Source of the DNA: Nitrososphaerota archaeon
GTDB taxonomy: Archaea > Thermoproteota > Nitrososphaeria_A > Caldarchaeales > Calditenuaceae
Length of the DNA stretch: 64,000 nucleotides
Assembly (NCBI GenBank): GCA_038845265.1
Contig: JAWBQR010000003.1
Span: forward strand, 32,001-96,000
Direction: 5' to 3'
Part shown: one piece after another, positions 18,493 through 29,576 of the stretch
How the letters are laid out: each line of letters begins with the position of its first letter
Position numbering within the stretch: position 1 is the first letter of the stretch
The notes under the pieces: generated by a model
What the model was told of the DNA's origin: nothing
What the model saw: only the letters and a program-made list of their open reading frames with translations
The model's database searches: none
Translations under genes and position numbers: made by a program

Positions 18493-21400
18493 TCAGTGTT
18501 TCTCAGCAAGTAGGCGTGATATATCGTTATATAGTTGCATTAACACATCTTGATAATTAATTTCATTGTTCTCAATCCTATCCATAGTTTCTTCTAGTTT
18601 CTTTGTTAATTCTTCGGAAACTAGATCACCATATTTACTAGATAGGTATTCATATACCAATTTTCCGAGTCTAGTGTTTAGTAATCTTCCATTGTTCTGG
18701 AAGATGTATCCTCTCGAATATAAAAGTTCAATTATTCTTGAATATGTACTCGGCCTGCCTATCCCCTTCTGCTTCATCATCGAGATTAGCTCTCCTTCAC
18801 TGAGCAGCCATTTAGAAGGAACACGCCTCAGCTCTAATCGCACAACTCTGTATCTTCCTGGGGAAATTTTTTCTTGGGCCTTTATAGTAGGCAAAACTTT
18901 GAGGAAGCCTAGTTCAATTATACTAACAACTCTATTCAACGTCGATATATTGTCATCTATATTTATTACGAGTTCTTGCGTTGTTACTACTGCGTCTACC
19001 ATCTGTGAGGCTATGAATCTGTTAAATATTAAATCGTATAGCCTTAATTCCTTCTCTCCGAGCCTTAAGGGAAATCTCATGACGCCTGAACGGAGATAGA
19101 ACTCTAATTGTCTCTTGCTTATCGGTCTGGTCGGCCTTATACATTCATGAGCGCCCTCACTTTTGTAGGTCCTCGGCTTAAACATGCCAGGATAATTTTC
19201 ATCGATATATTGCTGTGCAATCGATAGTCCAGTGTTTGATACGGTTGTGGCATCTGTCCTATGATACGTAATTAAACCTGACTCGAATAGTGTCTGTGCT
19301 ATGCGCATTGTCTCTGAGGAGCTTAATCTAAGATATATGCTCGCGTCCCTGAGCAATGAGTCGGTCGTATATGGTGGCGGTGGATGAACTGTCTCCAGCC
19401 TCTCTGTAGGGACCTCAACCTCTGCAAAAAGCTCACCACTATTCGCCTTCTCCTTTAGGTCTTCTAAATTCCTAGGCTCTATGAAGTCAATTCTTAACTC
19501 ATTCTCAAGCCAAAAAGTGGCTACTGTTTTTTTCTTTTTCGCTTCTTCCACTCGCTCGATTATCCAGCCCAGCACTGGTGTCTGAACGCGCCCAGCTGAG
19601 AGGGTCTTTCTCCCAAATCTTTCCCATAATTTCCTACTTAGTTCAAAGCCGAGCCACCGATCCTCGATTCTTCTAACGGTCTGCGAGTCAACTAATGAAA
19701 TTCTAATCCGTTCCGGCTGAGTTAGAGAGCTTCTAAGGGCTTTACGTGTAACTTCGTGGAATACAAGACGCATAATATTACTGTTATATGGATAAAGGTT
19801 GCAATAGAGGTCATAGCCGATCTTCTCACCCTCAGCGTCAGGATCAGTAGCTATCAGGACTTTATTCGCCTCCATTGCCAACTGCTTTAGCGAATCCATG
19901 ATTTCTTTTTTCGAGAATACCTCTTCCGACCCGCATTCAGGACATTTATCATGATCTGTAAATTGTTCACCACACCTAAGACATCTCTTAACAAAAGTAT
20001 AATTTGGAATGAACATTTTTCCTTGAATATTTATTCCGTGAAATCCATACATCGTCGTTAAATCAAATATGTGTCCTTGACAAGCCGCAATTGTTAGAAC
20101 CATCTCTCCGCTTAAAGATTCATAGACTGTTAAGGCCCCGATTCTCCTGCGTACGGGTCTCCCGAAAAATGTAGCAATTGTCCTTGCCTTTGTGGGAGAT
20201 TCAACGATCATCAATGCAGACTTAATGATATCTAACTCCTCAGCCTTGAATTCTCCCTTTCTAATGCTTATTATTTTTCTTCTATCTTCGTCTACCTTTT
20301 CAAACTCTTTTGCAGCTATACTTTCTGAGTAATCAATAATTGATTCATCTTCGTAAACTAACTTGACACGCTTTAGCAATCCATGTAGTGCTTTTTCATC
20401 ATCTACTATGATGAATGATATTCCTTTACTTATTCCCCCTGCGTAAAGTCTTGATGTTCTACCGGAGGCTTGAATAAAACCATCAACGTCTGGAATAATT
20501 AGTCTATACTCGTCTTTGAGAGCTTTAATGTAGATATCAGCGCGCTCAGATAGTGTTTTTACCCTATCCTCAGTAAGCAACTCTTGAATTAACTTCCTAG
20601 CTTCTTTGACGGCCTGAAGGACAAAGGCTTCAAATCCACTTAGCTCAGCCCCATTATTTATTGCCTCACGGACTTTTTCAATAACTTCTGAATGAGTTGG
20701 CACGGTTTTGGAGAGCATCGCTACGATCCGTTGAACTTCTGTTGATAACGGGTCATCAATTAGTGGGGAGATGTTTCGCAGAAGAGTTAAGAGCTTAGCT
20801 GGATCATATTCATCTTTGGATATTCTGATCTCTCTTCTCGGGACTCCGGCAAATATAACGTACCGAATATTCTCTGGGAGGTCTATTCCTCTTGCCAGAG
20901 GGCTCCTATTACTTGCAACCCCGATAAGTGCCTGGTAATGTCCATTAGTGAATAAGCTAATCATTTTTGGATTCATTTTGGAATATGCATGTACAGGGAT
21001 TTTCTTTTCATTTAAATACTCAGAGAGCCTCAATGCATAACTAGTCCCCTGGATTTGGGGGACAAAAATTAGACATCCACTACCATATTTTTTAATCAAG
21101 CTGTATACTTCTTCTTCAATAGTTTTAGATGGCCTTATGACGAAGTTCGTTATATTTCTAACGAATTCGAAGCTGTATCCGGGCTGAAAACCAAAGAGGT
21201 ACCGAAATAGCTGCATGCGTTTTGTCCTTATGCCACGTAGAGTCGCACCAGAGACTACTAAGATTTTGCCCCTAGTTTCATCATAATTCTGCATCGATTC
21301 CTCAAGCATATCTAGTTCGTCTATTTCTCCCTCTGTGGGTCTCTTCTTTCTCCTAATCTCAATTATGCGCATTACCTTATCAATAATTTCAGGTTCATAT

Positions 21401-22095
21401 CCCATAAGCATAACAACTTTATCAATATTTTTTGGACTCTTAAGAAATGAATCAACATCGTCAACAAAAATAAAACTAAAATTGTTATGTTTTAGTATCT
21501 CAAACCTGCTGTAAAGAAATCTATCAGTCGTTATTAGTATGTCGAACTCGCCTTTCCTTACCCTATCTAGTATCTCCTCACTATCTTTCTTAGGCATGCC
21601 GGAGTAATAGCCTATTACTACCGGTTTCTTTCCCTCTAGCTTTTCGAGAAACATATTTGCCTTGTCTAGGAAATGCTGTACAAGTAGGCTACTTGGAACT
21701 ATGAAGTAGCTCTTCTGACCCTTAATGGCCAAATATATGCACATGATTAAGCCGAAAATCGACTTCCCCATACCAGTAGGCGCAACGATCGAGAAACTCC
21801 TGCCCAGATAGACACGTCTTGCCCACGTCTCCTGAAGCGACCATGGATATGACCCCACTAATCTTTTGAAGAATTCCTTGAACTCGTTAATCCATATACT
21901 AACCTCTAGGGGCTGCTTGATTTTCATCAGCGTACCCTTACTGCTTAACTTTTCATAGAGCTCGAACCTGTCCATCACTTGCTCCGAGAGGCATTCTCTG
22001 CAGACGCCATTTGCCAATAGTTCATTATCAGTAATGTCGCCGCCACAATTCGGACAACAACCAATGTAGGTCGCTCTAATCTCCGTAGACTTCAC
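18493..22095 (-). CDS. rgy: Reverse gyrase
   Basis: N-terminal CPNC...CREC zinc finger, helicase APTGMGKS/DDVD/QASGRTSR, topo IA VESPTKA, DPDAEGEKI, SAGRVQTP, catalytic ITYHRTD, GIGRPSTY. Confidence 0.97.
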   Translation of the reverse strand: MKSTEIRATYIGCCPNCGGDITDNELLANGVCRECLSEQVMDRFELYEKLSSKGTLMKIKQPLEVSIWINEFKEFFKRLVGSYPWSLQETWARRVYLGRSFSIVAPTGMGKSIFGLIMCIYLAIKGQKSYFIVPSSLLVQHFLDKANMFLEKLEGKKPVVIGYYSGMPKKDSEEILDRVRKGEFDILITTDRFLYSRFEILKHNNFSFIFVDDVDSFLKSPKNIDKVVMLMGYEPEIIDKVMRIIEIRRKKRPTEGEIDELDMLEESMQNYDETRGKILVVSGATLRGIRTKRMQLFRYLFGFQPGYSFEFVRNITNFVIRPSKTIEEEVYSLIKKYGSGCLIFVPQIQGTSYALRLSEYLNEKKIPVHAYSKMNPKMISLFTNGHYQALIGVASNRSPLARGIDLPENIRYVIFAGVPRREIRISKDEYDPAKLLTLLRNISPLIDDPLSTEVQRIVAMLSKTVPTHSEVIEKVREAINNGAELSGFEAFVLQAVKEARKLIQELLTEDRVKTLSERADIYIKALKDEYRLIIPDVDGFIQASGRTSRLYAGGISKGISFIIVDDEKALHGLLKRVKLVYEDESIIDYSESIAAKEFEKVDEDRRKIISIRKGEFKAEELDIIKSALMIVESPTKARTIATFFGRPVRRRIGALTVYESLSGEMVLTIAACQGHIFDLTTMYGFHGINIQGKMFIPNYTFVKRCLRCGEQFTDHDKCPECGSEEVFSKKEIMDSLKQLAMEANKVLIATDPDAEGEKIGYDLYCNLYPYNSNIMRLVFHEVTRKALRSSLTQPERIRISLVDSQTVRRIEDRWLGFELSRKLWERFGRKTLSAGRVQTPVLGWIIERVEEAKKKKTVATFWLENELRIDFIEPRNLEDLKEKANSGELFAEVEVPTERLETVHPPPPYTTDSLLRDASIYLRLSSSETMRIAQTLFESGLITYHRTDATTVSNTGLSIAQQYIDENYPGMFKPRTYKSEGAHECIRPTRPISKRQLEFYLRSGVMRFPLRLGEKELRLYDLIFNRFIASQMVDAVVTTQELVINIDDNISTLNRVVSIIELGFLKVLPTIKAQEKISPGRYRVVRLELRRVPSKWLLSEGELISMMKQKGIGRPSTYSRIIELLYSRGYIFQNNGRLLNTRLGKLVYEYLSSKYGDLVSEELTKKLEETMDRIENNEINYQDVLMQLYNDISRLLAEKH

Positions 22096-22140
22096 AGATT
22101 ACGTTATTTAAGAAGCAAGTAAAAAATATAAAGAGAAGAA

Positions 22141-22686
22141 TTGTCAGAGTGGCATAAATATCTAACGAGGTGTCTGCTTCCTCTCAATCCTATTCCTAGC
22201 GGTGGACATAACTGGGCTGGCATAGCGGCAATAATAACATCTAGCAAAGAAGCACTGTTAGTGAAGAGAGCAGTCAGGCCCGGTGATCCCTGGAGTGGCG
22301 ACTGGGCGATGCCTGGTGGAAGATGGAGAGATGGGGATACTAATCTCTATGAATGTATTAGGAGAGAAGTCTTGGAAGAGACATCGATAGATATTTCTAT
22401 GCTTGAGGCACTCGGCTGGTTGCCTGAAAGATCGCCGCGTGTCAGACCGGAGCTGAAGATTATGCCCCTAGTATTATTGACAAATAGTCGATTAAGCGTG
22501 ATTTTGAATGATGAACTAACGGATTATTGTTGGGCCTCTCTTCAAAACCTTGTATATGAGAAAAGGGTTGTGAATACGCCGAGGGGAGAAATATTAACAG
22601 ATGTCTACTTACTTAGTGGAGGTGAGTTTGTCTGGGGATTAACAGCTCGAATTATTCAAGAGATAACTAACTGCATTCAGTTATGA
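22141..22686 (+). CDS. Nudix hydrolase (CoA pyrophosphatase-like)
   Basis: DPWSGDWAMPGG...RREVLEET Nudix box, VWGLTARI. Confidence 0.85.
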   Translation: MSEWHKYLTRCLLPLNPIPSGGHNWAGIAAIITSSKEALLVKRAVRPGDPWSGDWAMPGGRWRDGDTNLYECIRREVLEETSIDISMLEALGWLPERSPRVRPELKIMPLVLLTNSRLSVILNDELTDYCWASLQNLVYEKRVVNTPRGEILTDVYLLSGGEFVWGLTARIIQEITNCIQL

Positions 22687-23367
22687 TTTAGGAATTAGTC
22701 TGAAGGATTTTGGTTCTATGTATCCATACGTAGTTTTCCAGACCACATTGTAATCAGATATTATGATTCGTTTACTGAAAAGTGGGCAGTCTAATACAAG
22801 TGTCTCATATTCACCACCCTCACCTCCAGGATTGAATCCATAATTGTTTGAGGCGTCTATGAGTTCTTTCACAGCCTGTCGGTCGATTATTCTTCCGAGC
22901 CACTCTCGTCCTAATCCATATGCATTTACAGAAGTTATCATGACCTCGTAGCCCCTACTTATGATCTCATCTAGTATAGCTGTGCCAGATGACCCCCAGT
23001 TAGGTGAGACGTGGCTTAGTGAATATTCTCTGCATATATGATCTATCCTTTTCTTCTGATAATTACTGATTATCGAGCCGCTCAGTATGCCGTTTACTCG
23101 ATATTTAGCTATGATTTTCTTTATTGAGTGCATCAATTCAGTGTACTCTATTTCTTTTTCACCACTAACTTCAATGAATAAATGTGGTATTCTCATTGCT
23201 TCTGCCTGAAGTGGAGTTATGGATAGACACACTGTGTGAAACATCCATGAGTCGAGTCTTTTTGGCTTAATGGTCAGCAGACATGCAACTTCATGCCCAG
23301 TTTCTAATGCCTTCTCCACTGCAAGAGTCGAGTCCTTACCGCCTGAAAAGAGTGCTAATAACCTCAC
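22681..23367 (-). CDS. dph6: Diphthine--ammonia ligase family (TIGR00289/290)
   Basis: FSGGKDS, SWMFH, YQKKRI, GEGGEYETLVLDCPLF. Confidence 0.88.
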   Translation of the reverse strand: MRLLALFSGGKDSTLAVEKALETGHEVACLLTIKPKRLDSWMFHTVCLSITPLQAEAMRIPHLFIEVSGEKEIEYTELMHSIKKIIAKYRVNGILSGSIISNYQKKRIDHICREYSLSHVSPNWGSSGTAILDEIISRGYEVMITSVNAYGLGREWLGRIIDRQAVKELIDASNNYGFNPGGEGGEYETLVLDCPLFSKRIIISDYNVVWKTTYGYIEPKSFRLIPKS

Positions 23368-23436
23368 TGGCGATCATCTCTATGTCCAGCATTATAACTC
23401 TTATATTCCTATATTTGTTAAACTGAGTGATGAGGG

Positions 23437-24453
23437 ATGTATAGAATCGCGATTATTAGGGGTGATGGGATAGGGCCCACAATAATGGGAGAGACGCTCA
23501 GAGTTTTAAGCTTCATCTCTGATAGGCTTGGTTTAAACATTGATTTTTTAGAGGCCCCAGCAGGCGATAAGGCCCTGAGAGATTACGGCACACCATTACC
23601 CAGTGAAACACTCTCGGTAATTGAGAAGTCTGATGCGTGTTTAAAGGGCCCAGTCGGAGAGACTGCAAAGGACGTAATTGTCTATCTTAGGAGAAGATTC
23701 GATCTCTACGCAAACTTGCGTCCTGCTAAGACTTATGAGGGCGTGAAGAGCAAATATAGTAACGTAGACTTATTAATAGTTAGAGAGAACACGGAGGATG
23801 TATATCGAGGCGTTGAGGACATTAGTCGAGACTATGCAGTAGCATTAATGTCATTTTCTAGGTTTGGCACGGAGAGAATAGCTAGGATTGCCTGCAAATA
23901 TGCATATATGAGGAGGAAAAAAATAACGATTGTGGATAAGTCTAACGTCATAATGGCTCATCGCTTCTTTAGAGAGGTCGCCTCCTCAGTGATTAAGTCT
24001 CTCGGAGGCATCATGCTCGATTTTATGTACGTGGACAATGCGGCATATCAGCTTGTCGTAGACCCGACACAGTTTGATACTATACTTACCACTAACATGT
24101 TTGGAGATATCTTGAGCGATGAAGCTGCAGGCGTCTGCGGCACACTAGGACTTGCACCTTCTGGAAATATAGGCGAAAATTACGCATTATTCGAGCCTGT
24201 TCATGGATCAGCGCCAAACCTTGATCCCAAGTACGCCAATCCCATAGCAATGATACTCTCTGCATCCATGATGCTTAAATGGCTCGGGGATAAACATGAC
24301 GATGAACGCGCAAAAAATTCAGCTAATTTGTTAGAGAGCTCGGTCGAAAATTTATTGATGAAAAGAAACAGACTAACGCCAGACCTAGGCGGGAGATCAA
24401 CTGTTTACGAGGTCTGCGACGCTCTTATTAATGAATTGGAAAATAGGGTCTAG
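23437..24453 (+). CDS. leuB: 3-isopropylmalate dehydrogenase (IPMDH/IDH family)
   Basis: [46 protein letters not shown]. Confidence 0.82.
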   Translation: MYRIAIIRGDGIGPTIMGETLRVLSFISDRLGLNIDFLEAPAGDKALRDYGTPLPSETLSVIEKSDACLKGPVGETAKDVIVYLRRRFDLYANLRPAKTYEGVKSKYSNVDLLIVRENTEDVYRGVEDISRDYAVALMSFSRFGTERIARIACKYAYMRRKKITIVDKSNVIMAHRFFREVASSVIKSLGGIMLDFMYVDNAAYQLVVDPTQFDTILTTNMFGDILSDEAAGVCGTLGLAPSGNIGENYALFEPVHGSAPNLDPKYANPIAMILSASMMLKWLGDKHDDERAKNSANLLESSVENLLMKRNRLTPDLGGRSTVYEVCDALINELENRV

Positions 24454-26147
24454 AGAATCGGCCTCGTGACTGCACCCATCGCGGCGGATGTAACTAGTGA
24501 TGCATATTTACCGAGTAGCCCAGTAGTAATTTTTGGTGGACGTATCCTTAGTTTTCTCAATCTCTCTTGAAGCTCCTCTTGAGAAATTAGTAAGTCTAGT
24601 CTTCCTTCCTCGACGTCTATTAGAATCTTATCTCCATCCTCGACCGCTGCTATTGGTCCTCCATCTGCAGCTTCTGGCGCGACGTGGCCAACCATAAGTC
24701 CCCTCGTGGCGCCGCTAAACCTACCATCCGTGACCATTGCTACATGCTCGCCTAGCCCAGCGCCAACTATTGCGGCTGTAACCCTAAGCATCTCTGGCAT
24801 GCCTGGGCCTCCCTTAGGGCCTTCATACCTGATCACCACTACTTCGCCTGGATAAATTTCTCTTTTCTTGATAGCGTTAAAAGCATCGTCCTCGCTGTCA
24901 AACACGCTTGCGGATCCCTCGAATCTCTTGCTCTCTGTAGCCGCGACTTTCAGTACCGCTCCTTCTGGCGCTAGGGTTCCTCTAAGTATCCTTATCCCGC
25001 CAGTTTGACTTATTGGGCTCTTCGGGTCGTGAATAACTTGAGCATGGATAGTCTCGGGGAATTTGTAGCTTAGGAGATTTTCGCTCATTGTTTTGCCAGT
25101 TACTGTAAGTGTGTCTCCATCGAGTAGGCCATTTTCTAGGAGTTTTTTCAATATTGCGGGGACACCGCCAAACCTCTCGAGGTCAACCATTACGTGTTCG
25201 CCTGCCGGCCTTATCCTTACTATGTATGGCACTTTTTTCGAAAGTCTGTCAAAGTCCTCGAGCGATAATTTAACACCTGCTTCATGAGCGATAGCCAAGA
25301 GGTGAAGAATGGCATTAGTTGATCCGCCAATTGCCATGAGTAGGGATATGCCATTTAGGAGTGCCTCATATGTTAATATGTCTCTCGGCTTAATCCCGTT
25401 CTCGATTAGTCTGGTCAAGGCTATGCCTGACTCATATGCATAAGCTATTCTTCTGGAAGAAGTTGCTGCAGGCGTAGCGCTTCCAAGTAGGGATATTCCA
25501 ATCGCCTCTGAAATGCAGGCCATCGTATTTGCGGTAAATAGTCCTGCGCAAGTCCCGACTGTAGGGTGAGCAAATCTCTCCAGATCAAGTAGCTCCCTCT
25601 CAGATATCTTACCAGTGAGATATCCCCCGACAGCCTCATGAACATCTTCTATTGTAAGTTTTTTATCCATATAGTATCCGGGCTCGGCTGTGCCTGCATA
25701 GAGATATGCGGCTGGCCTGTTTATTCTCGCCATGGCCATCATTAGTCCTGGCTGAGTCTTGTCGCAACCGCCTATACATACAAAGCCGTCAAATGCATGT
25801 GCAACGATCTGTGCCTCAACTGTATCTGCGATCAACTCTCGGCTCACTAAGCTATACCTCATTCCCTCGGTTCCCATTGTGATGTTATCATTGACCACGA
25901 TCGTAGGCATTGACAAGGCTATGGATCCACCAGCAACTATCCCTTCCTTGACGAATCTTGATAGTGTCAGTGTATGAAAGTTACATGGCCCGACTTCGCT
26001 CCACGAGACCACGACTCCGCATAGTGGCTTGCCAAAATCTTGCTCACTGATGCCGATTGCTCTGAGAAACGCTCTGTGAGGAGCATTCAATAATCCCCAG
26101 TACCTATCACTGCTCGGCAACTTTGAACCTGAAGACTCATTACTCAT
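24450..26147 (-). CDS. ilvD: Dihydroxy-acid dehydratase
   Basis: [46 protein letters not shown]; start placed at ATG 26147. Confidence 0.93.
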   Translation of the reverse strand: MSNESSGSKLPSSDRYWGLLNAPHRAFLRAIGISEQDFGKPLCGVVVSWSEVGPCNFHTLTLSRFVKEGIVAGGSIALSMPTIVVNDNITMGTEGMRYSLVSRELIADTVEAQIVAHAFDGFVCIGGCDKTQPGLMMAMARINRPAAYLYAGTAEPGYYMDKKLTIEDVHEAVGGYLTGKISERELLDLERFAHPTVGTCAGLFTANTMACISEAIGISLLGSATPAATSSRRIAYAYESGIALTRLIENGIKPRDILTYEALLNGISLLMAIGGSTNAILHLLAIAHEAGVKLSLEDFDRLSKKVPYIVRIRPAGEHVMVDLERFGGVPAILKKLLENGLLDGDTLTVTGKTMSENLLSYKFPETIHAQVIHDPKSPISQTGGIRILRGTLAPEGAVLKVAATESKRFEGSASVFDSEDDAFNAIKKREIYPGEVVVIRYEGPKGGPGMPEMLRVTAAIVGAGLGEHVAMVTDGRFSGATRGLMVGHVAPEAADGGPIAAVEDGDKILIDVEEGRLDLLISQEELQERLRKLRIRPPKITTGLLGKYASLVTSAAMGAVTRPIL

Positions 26148-26233
26148 GACGCAAAAAAGGAACAAGCTAGATATTAAGCACCGCGGCTATACTTAAAATA
26201 TTTATACTGTTAACTGCTCCTATAAGTCCGAGT

Positions 26234-27697
26234 ATGCAGCCTATTAAGTACAAAAATTATATTGATGGAGAATATGTGGAGTCTTTGAGTGGTGAGCAAT
26301 TCCTAGACATAAATCCTGCAAATATTAACGACGTCTTGGGTAGTTTTCAATCATCTACGAGGGAAGACGCAGAGAAAGCTATCTCTGCAGCATTAGAAGC
26401 GCAGGAAAAATGGGCTGAGACGCCTCCGGGAGAAAGGGGAAGAATACTGATCAAAGCATCAGAGATTCTTGACTCGATGAAGGAAGACCTGATAACTATA
26501 TTGACTAGGGAGGAAGGAAAGACCCTTAATGACAGCAGAGTAGAGGTCAACAGAGCAGTCAGCCTATTTAGGTTTTACGGCGTACTTGCAAGCAGAATTC
26601 ATGGCGAGAGCCTACAGTCTTCAGAACTAAGGACGCATCTAATTACTGTTAAAGAACCTGTCGGTGTCGTCTCTGTTATTACTCCTTGGAACTTCCCGAT
26701 AGCCATTCCGTCTTGGAAGATCGCGCCAGCACTCGCATGCGGAAACACAGTAGTCTTCAAGCCAGCCTCCTATACACCATTAATAGGCTACATGTTAGTA
26801 GAAGCGTTAGTAAAGGCAGGAATACCTAAAGGCGTCATCAACTATGTTACTGGGAGCGGCTCAACTGTTGGATTAGAAATGATCACTAACAAGAACGTAG
26901 ATGCAATAACTTTCACAGGATCGCTTGAAGTAGGTGAGGAGATTCGTCGTCAATCGGCACTCGCTGGAAAAAACATTAGAATACAACTGGAGCTTGGCGG
27001 TAAAAACCCAGCAATTATTCTTCCTGATGCAAACATTGATAAAGCTGTAGAGATGGTGGCAAGGGGAGCCTTTGGACTCACTGGCCAGGTATGTACAGCC
27101 ACCAGCAGAGCTATAGTGCTGGATAAAGTCGCTGAAGAATTTACCAGAAAGATAGTAGAGAAAGCGAAGAAACTTAGGGTAGGCAACGGTCTGAGGGAGG
27201 GAGTAGACCTTGGACCAGTCGTTGGTCAGCGAGAGCTAGACAAGGTCCTCTCATACATCGAGATAGGAATGAGAGAAGGCGCAAAGTTACTCACAGGTGG
27301 AAGACGCCTTACTGGCGGAGAATATGATACGGGATATTTTGTCGAACCCACCGTATTTGCGGACGTCACCCCAGATATGAGAATTGCGAAAGAAGAGATA
27401 TTCGGCCCTGTACTCGCAATAATGGTTGCAAGTTCTCTTGACGAAGCGATAGAGATTGCAAACTCTGTTGATTATGGACTCGCCGCATCAATATTTACGA
27501 ATAGTTTAGACAAGGCCTTTGAATTTATTTCTAGGATAAAGGCCGGCGTCGTGAAAATAAACAAACCAACAACGGGCATAGAAATTCAAGTGCCCTTCGG
27601 GGGATATAAGAAGTCAAGCACCGAGACATTCAGGGAATTAGGAGAAGCAGTAATTGAGTTTTACACAAAGACAAAAACAATATACATAGGATACTAA
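26234..27697 (+). CDS. Aldehyde dehydrogenase, probably 2,5-dioxopentanoate (alpha-ketoglutaric semialdehyde) dehydrogenase
   Basis: ITPWNFPIAIP, FTGS, LELGGKNP, GQVCTATSR, EEIFGPV, PFGGYKKSS; neighbouring KdaD/XylX-like gene supports the specific call. Confidence 0.8.
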   Translation: MQPIKYKNYIDGEYVESLSGEQFLDINPANINDVLGSFQSSTREDAEKAISAALEAQEKWAETPPGERGRILIKASEILDSMKEDLITILTREEGKTLNDSRVEVNRAVSLFRFYGVLASRIHGESLQSSELRTHLITVKEPVGVVSVITPWNFPIAIPSWKIAPALACGNTVVFKPASYTPLIGYMLVEALVKAGIPKGVINYVTGSGSTVGLEMITNKNVDAITFTGSLEVGEEIRRQSALAGKNIRIQLELGGKNPAIILPDANIDKAVEMVARGAFGLTGQVCTATSRAIVLDKVAEEFTRKIVEKAKKLRVGNGLREGVDLGPVVGQRELDKVLSYIEIGMREGAKLLTGGRRLTGGEYDTGYFVEPTVFADVTPDMRIAKEEIFGPVLAIMVASSLDEAIEIANSVDYGLAASIFTNSLDKAFEFISRIKAGVVKINKPTTGIEIQVPFGGYKKSSTETFRELGEAVIEFYTKTKTIYIGY

Positions 27698-27703
27698 AAA
27701 TAA

Positions 27704-28624
27704 CTAAACACTTCTAAGGTGATTTTTTACTGCCCGGTTTCTAAGAGTACCTATTTTTTCGATAGTGATTTCAATAATATCGTTATTTTGAAGTGAAAAA
27801 TCATCAGGTGGGACTATGCCTGTACCGGTCATAAAAACTGTTCCAGGAGGGATAGGATTATCTCTCAAGAGGTATTCCCTGAGTTCCTCGAAAGTCCTTT
27901 TCATCATTCCGGTGTTTGTCTCTCCTTGAAAGACTAAATTTCCATCTCTGAAAATTCTCATCTCAATCTTCAGATTTCTTGGATTATCAACGGAGTCGGC
28001 TGTGAGTATTGCTGGCCCTATTGCACATGCGTTCTTGTAGATCTTTGCCTGTGGGCAATAGAGTGGATTTTCTCCCTCAATATCTCTAGCAGAGACGTCG
28101 TTACCTACAGTGTATCCAGCTATCTCTAGGTTCGGGCCTAGTACAAGGGCTAGTTCTGGTTCTGGAACAGTCCAGTTCGAGTCACTTCTGATATATACGT
28201 CTTGATTCGGCCCGACACATCTATTCCTCGTGGCCTTAATGAATATCTCAGGCCTCTCAGCATCATAGACCTGGTCATATACCCCCTTCGCCCTTGTCTC
28301 ATATTCTCGAGCATCTTTACTTCTAAGATAAGTAACACCTGCTCCCCACACCTCAGGAGGAATAATCGGTATCAAGAGATGCGATTTACTGTTACTGGGC
28401 CTGATGTCTAGTTCTGAGTATAGATAACTTTTAGCAGCGTTGTTCTTCATCTTATTTTCAAGATACTCAGATATGGATAGCCCCTTTTTGCTCGCTATTT
28501 TGAGTAATTGCAAAAATGAATTTATCCTCCTTCCTCCAATCCTAGTTATGTCAATTACTTCCTCACCATTAACCACGCCTAGCCTCGGCCCCAGCCTATG
28601 AGAATAGAACCTGACGATACGCAT
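27704..28624 (-). CDS. FAH-family 2-keto-3-deoxy-pentonate dehydratase (KdaD/XylX-like)
   Basis: EVWGAGVTYLRS.AR, YDQVYDAERPEIFIK, PEPEL, NDVSARDIEGENPLY, TGTGIVP; start placed at ATG 28624. Confidence 0.8.
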   Translation of the reverse strand: MRIVRFYSHRLGPRLGVVNGEEVIDITRIGGRRINSFLQLLKIASKKGLSISEYLENKMKNNAAKSYLYSELDIRPSNSKSHLLIPIIPPEVWGAGVTYLRSKDAREYETRAKGVYDQVYDAERPEIFIKATRNRCVGPNQDVYIRSDSNWTVPEPELALVLGPNLEIAGYTVGNDVSARDIEGENPLYCPQAKIYKNACAIGPAILTADSVDNPRNLKIEMRIFRDGNLVFQGETNTGMMKRTFEELREYLLRDNPIPPGTVFMTGTGIVPPDDFSLQNNDIIEITIEKIGTLRNRAVKNHLRSV

Positions 28625-28737
28625 TTCTACCTTTGTGTCAACTAAAAAAATAAAAGCAATATATATACTATTACGTCTTTTAAAAAATTTCAACAAAAAT
28701 CGTACTTATTTATCTATATATTTTTTAATTTTTCGTA

Positions 28738-29559
28738 TCATTTTGTCAACAAATGTTTAATTGAGGGTGAGGGGGGCGGCATCCTTTTGTGCTCGCTTCT
28801 CTTAATCATCCCAAAGACTCTTTCGATCTTTTTGATATCTATACCTGTCAAATCTGAGGTCTCCTCAACGCTCAGCCCCAGGTCTACTATTGCATAGAGA
28901 ATCTGATCCAACTCATTATAGGTGATTCCAAGCTCGTCTTCGTCGGTTTGTCCTGGCCAAAGACCGGCCGACGGCTTTTTATCGATTATCCTCTGAGGCA
29001 CTCCTAATATTCTTGCTAATTCTTTGACGTATGTCTTATAGAGATCACCAATCGGAAGTATGTCTGCTCCACCATCTCCATACTTTGTGAAGTATCCTAC
29101 CACTAATTCAGACTTATTTCCACTTCCTACGACGAGAAGATTTCTATTATTTGCATACATATAAAGAATGGTCATCCTGAGTCTTGGTGCAATATTTCCA
29201 TATGCTAATCTACTCAGTTTAGGATTGTCTCTATAAAGTTTCGAGACGCCACTTTGGATATCTGAAATGTCAATTGTAAATGTTTTTATTCCTAACACCC
29301 TCGCGAACTCCTCTGCGTCCTTTACATCCTCTCTAGGAGTTGTGGAAGTTGGCATTATTAGTCCGAGGACTCTTGAAGGCCCTACGGCTCTTACACATAG
29401 GGAGGCAACTGTAGCCGAGTCTATTCCACCACTTAAACCAAGTATGAATCCATCACATCCAGAAAATTCAAGTGCATCACTTATGAAACCAGTTATAATT
29501 TTTATCGCCTCGTTGAAATCTAATGCCGGCAGAATAGTTCCCATGCTGCTCCTCTCCAT
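28738..29559 (-). CDS. nadE: NH3-dependent NAD+ synthetase
   Basis: GLSGGIDS, GNKSE..VGYFTKYGDG, PSAGLWPGQTDE, SEHKR. Confidence 0.95.
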   Translation of the reverse strand: MERSSMGTILPALDFNEAIKIITGFISDALEFSGCDGFILGLSGGIDSATVASLCVRAVGPSRVLGLIMPTSTTPREDVKDAEEFARVLGIKTFTIDISDIQSGVSKLYRDNPKLSRLAYGNIAPRLRMTILYMYANNRNLLVVGSGNKSELVVGYFTKYGDGGADILPIGDLYKTYVKELARILGVPQRIIDKKPSAGLWPGQTDEDELGITYNELDQILYAIVDLGLSVEETSDLTGIDIKKIERVFGMIKRSEHKRMPPPSPSIKHLLTK

Positions 29560-29576
29560 GCATTGTATTAATATAC

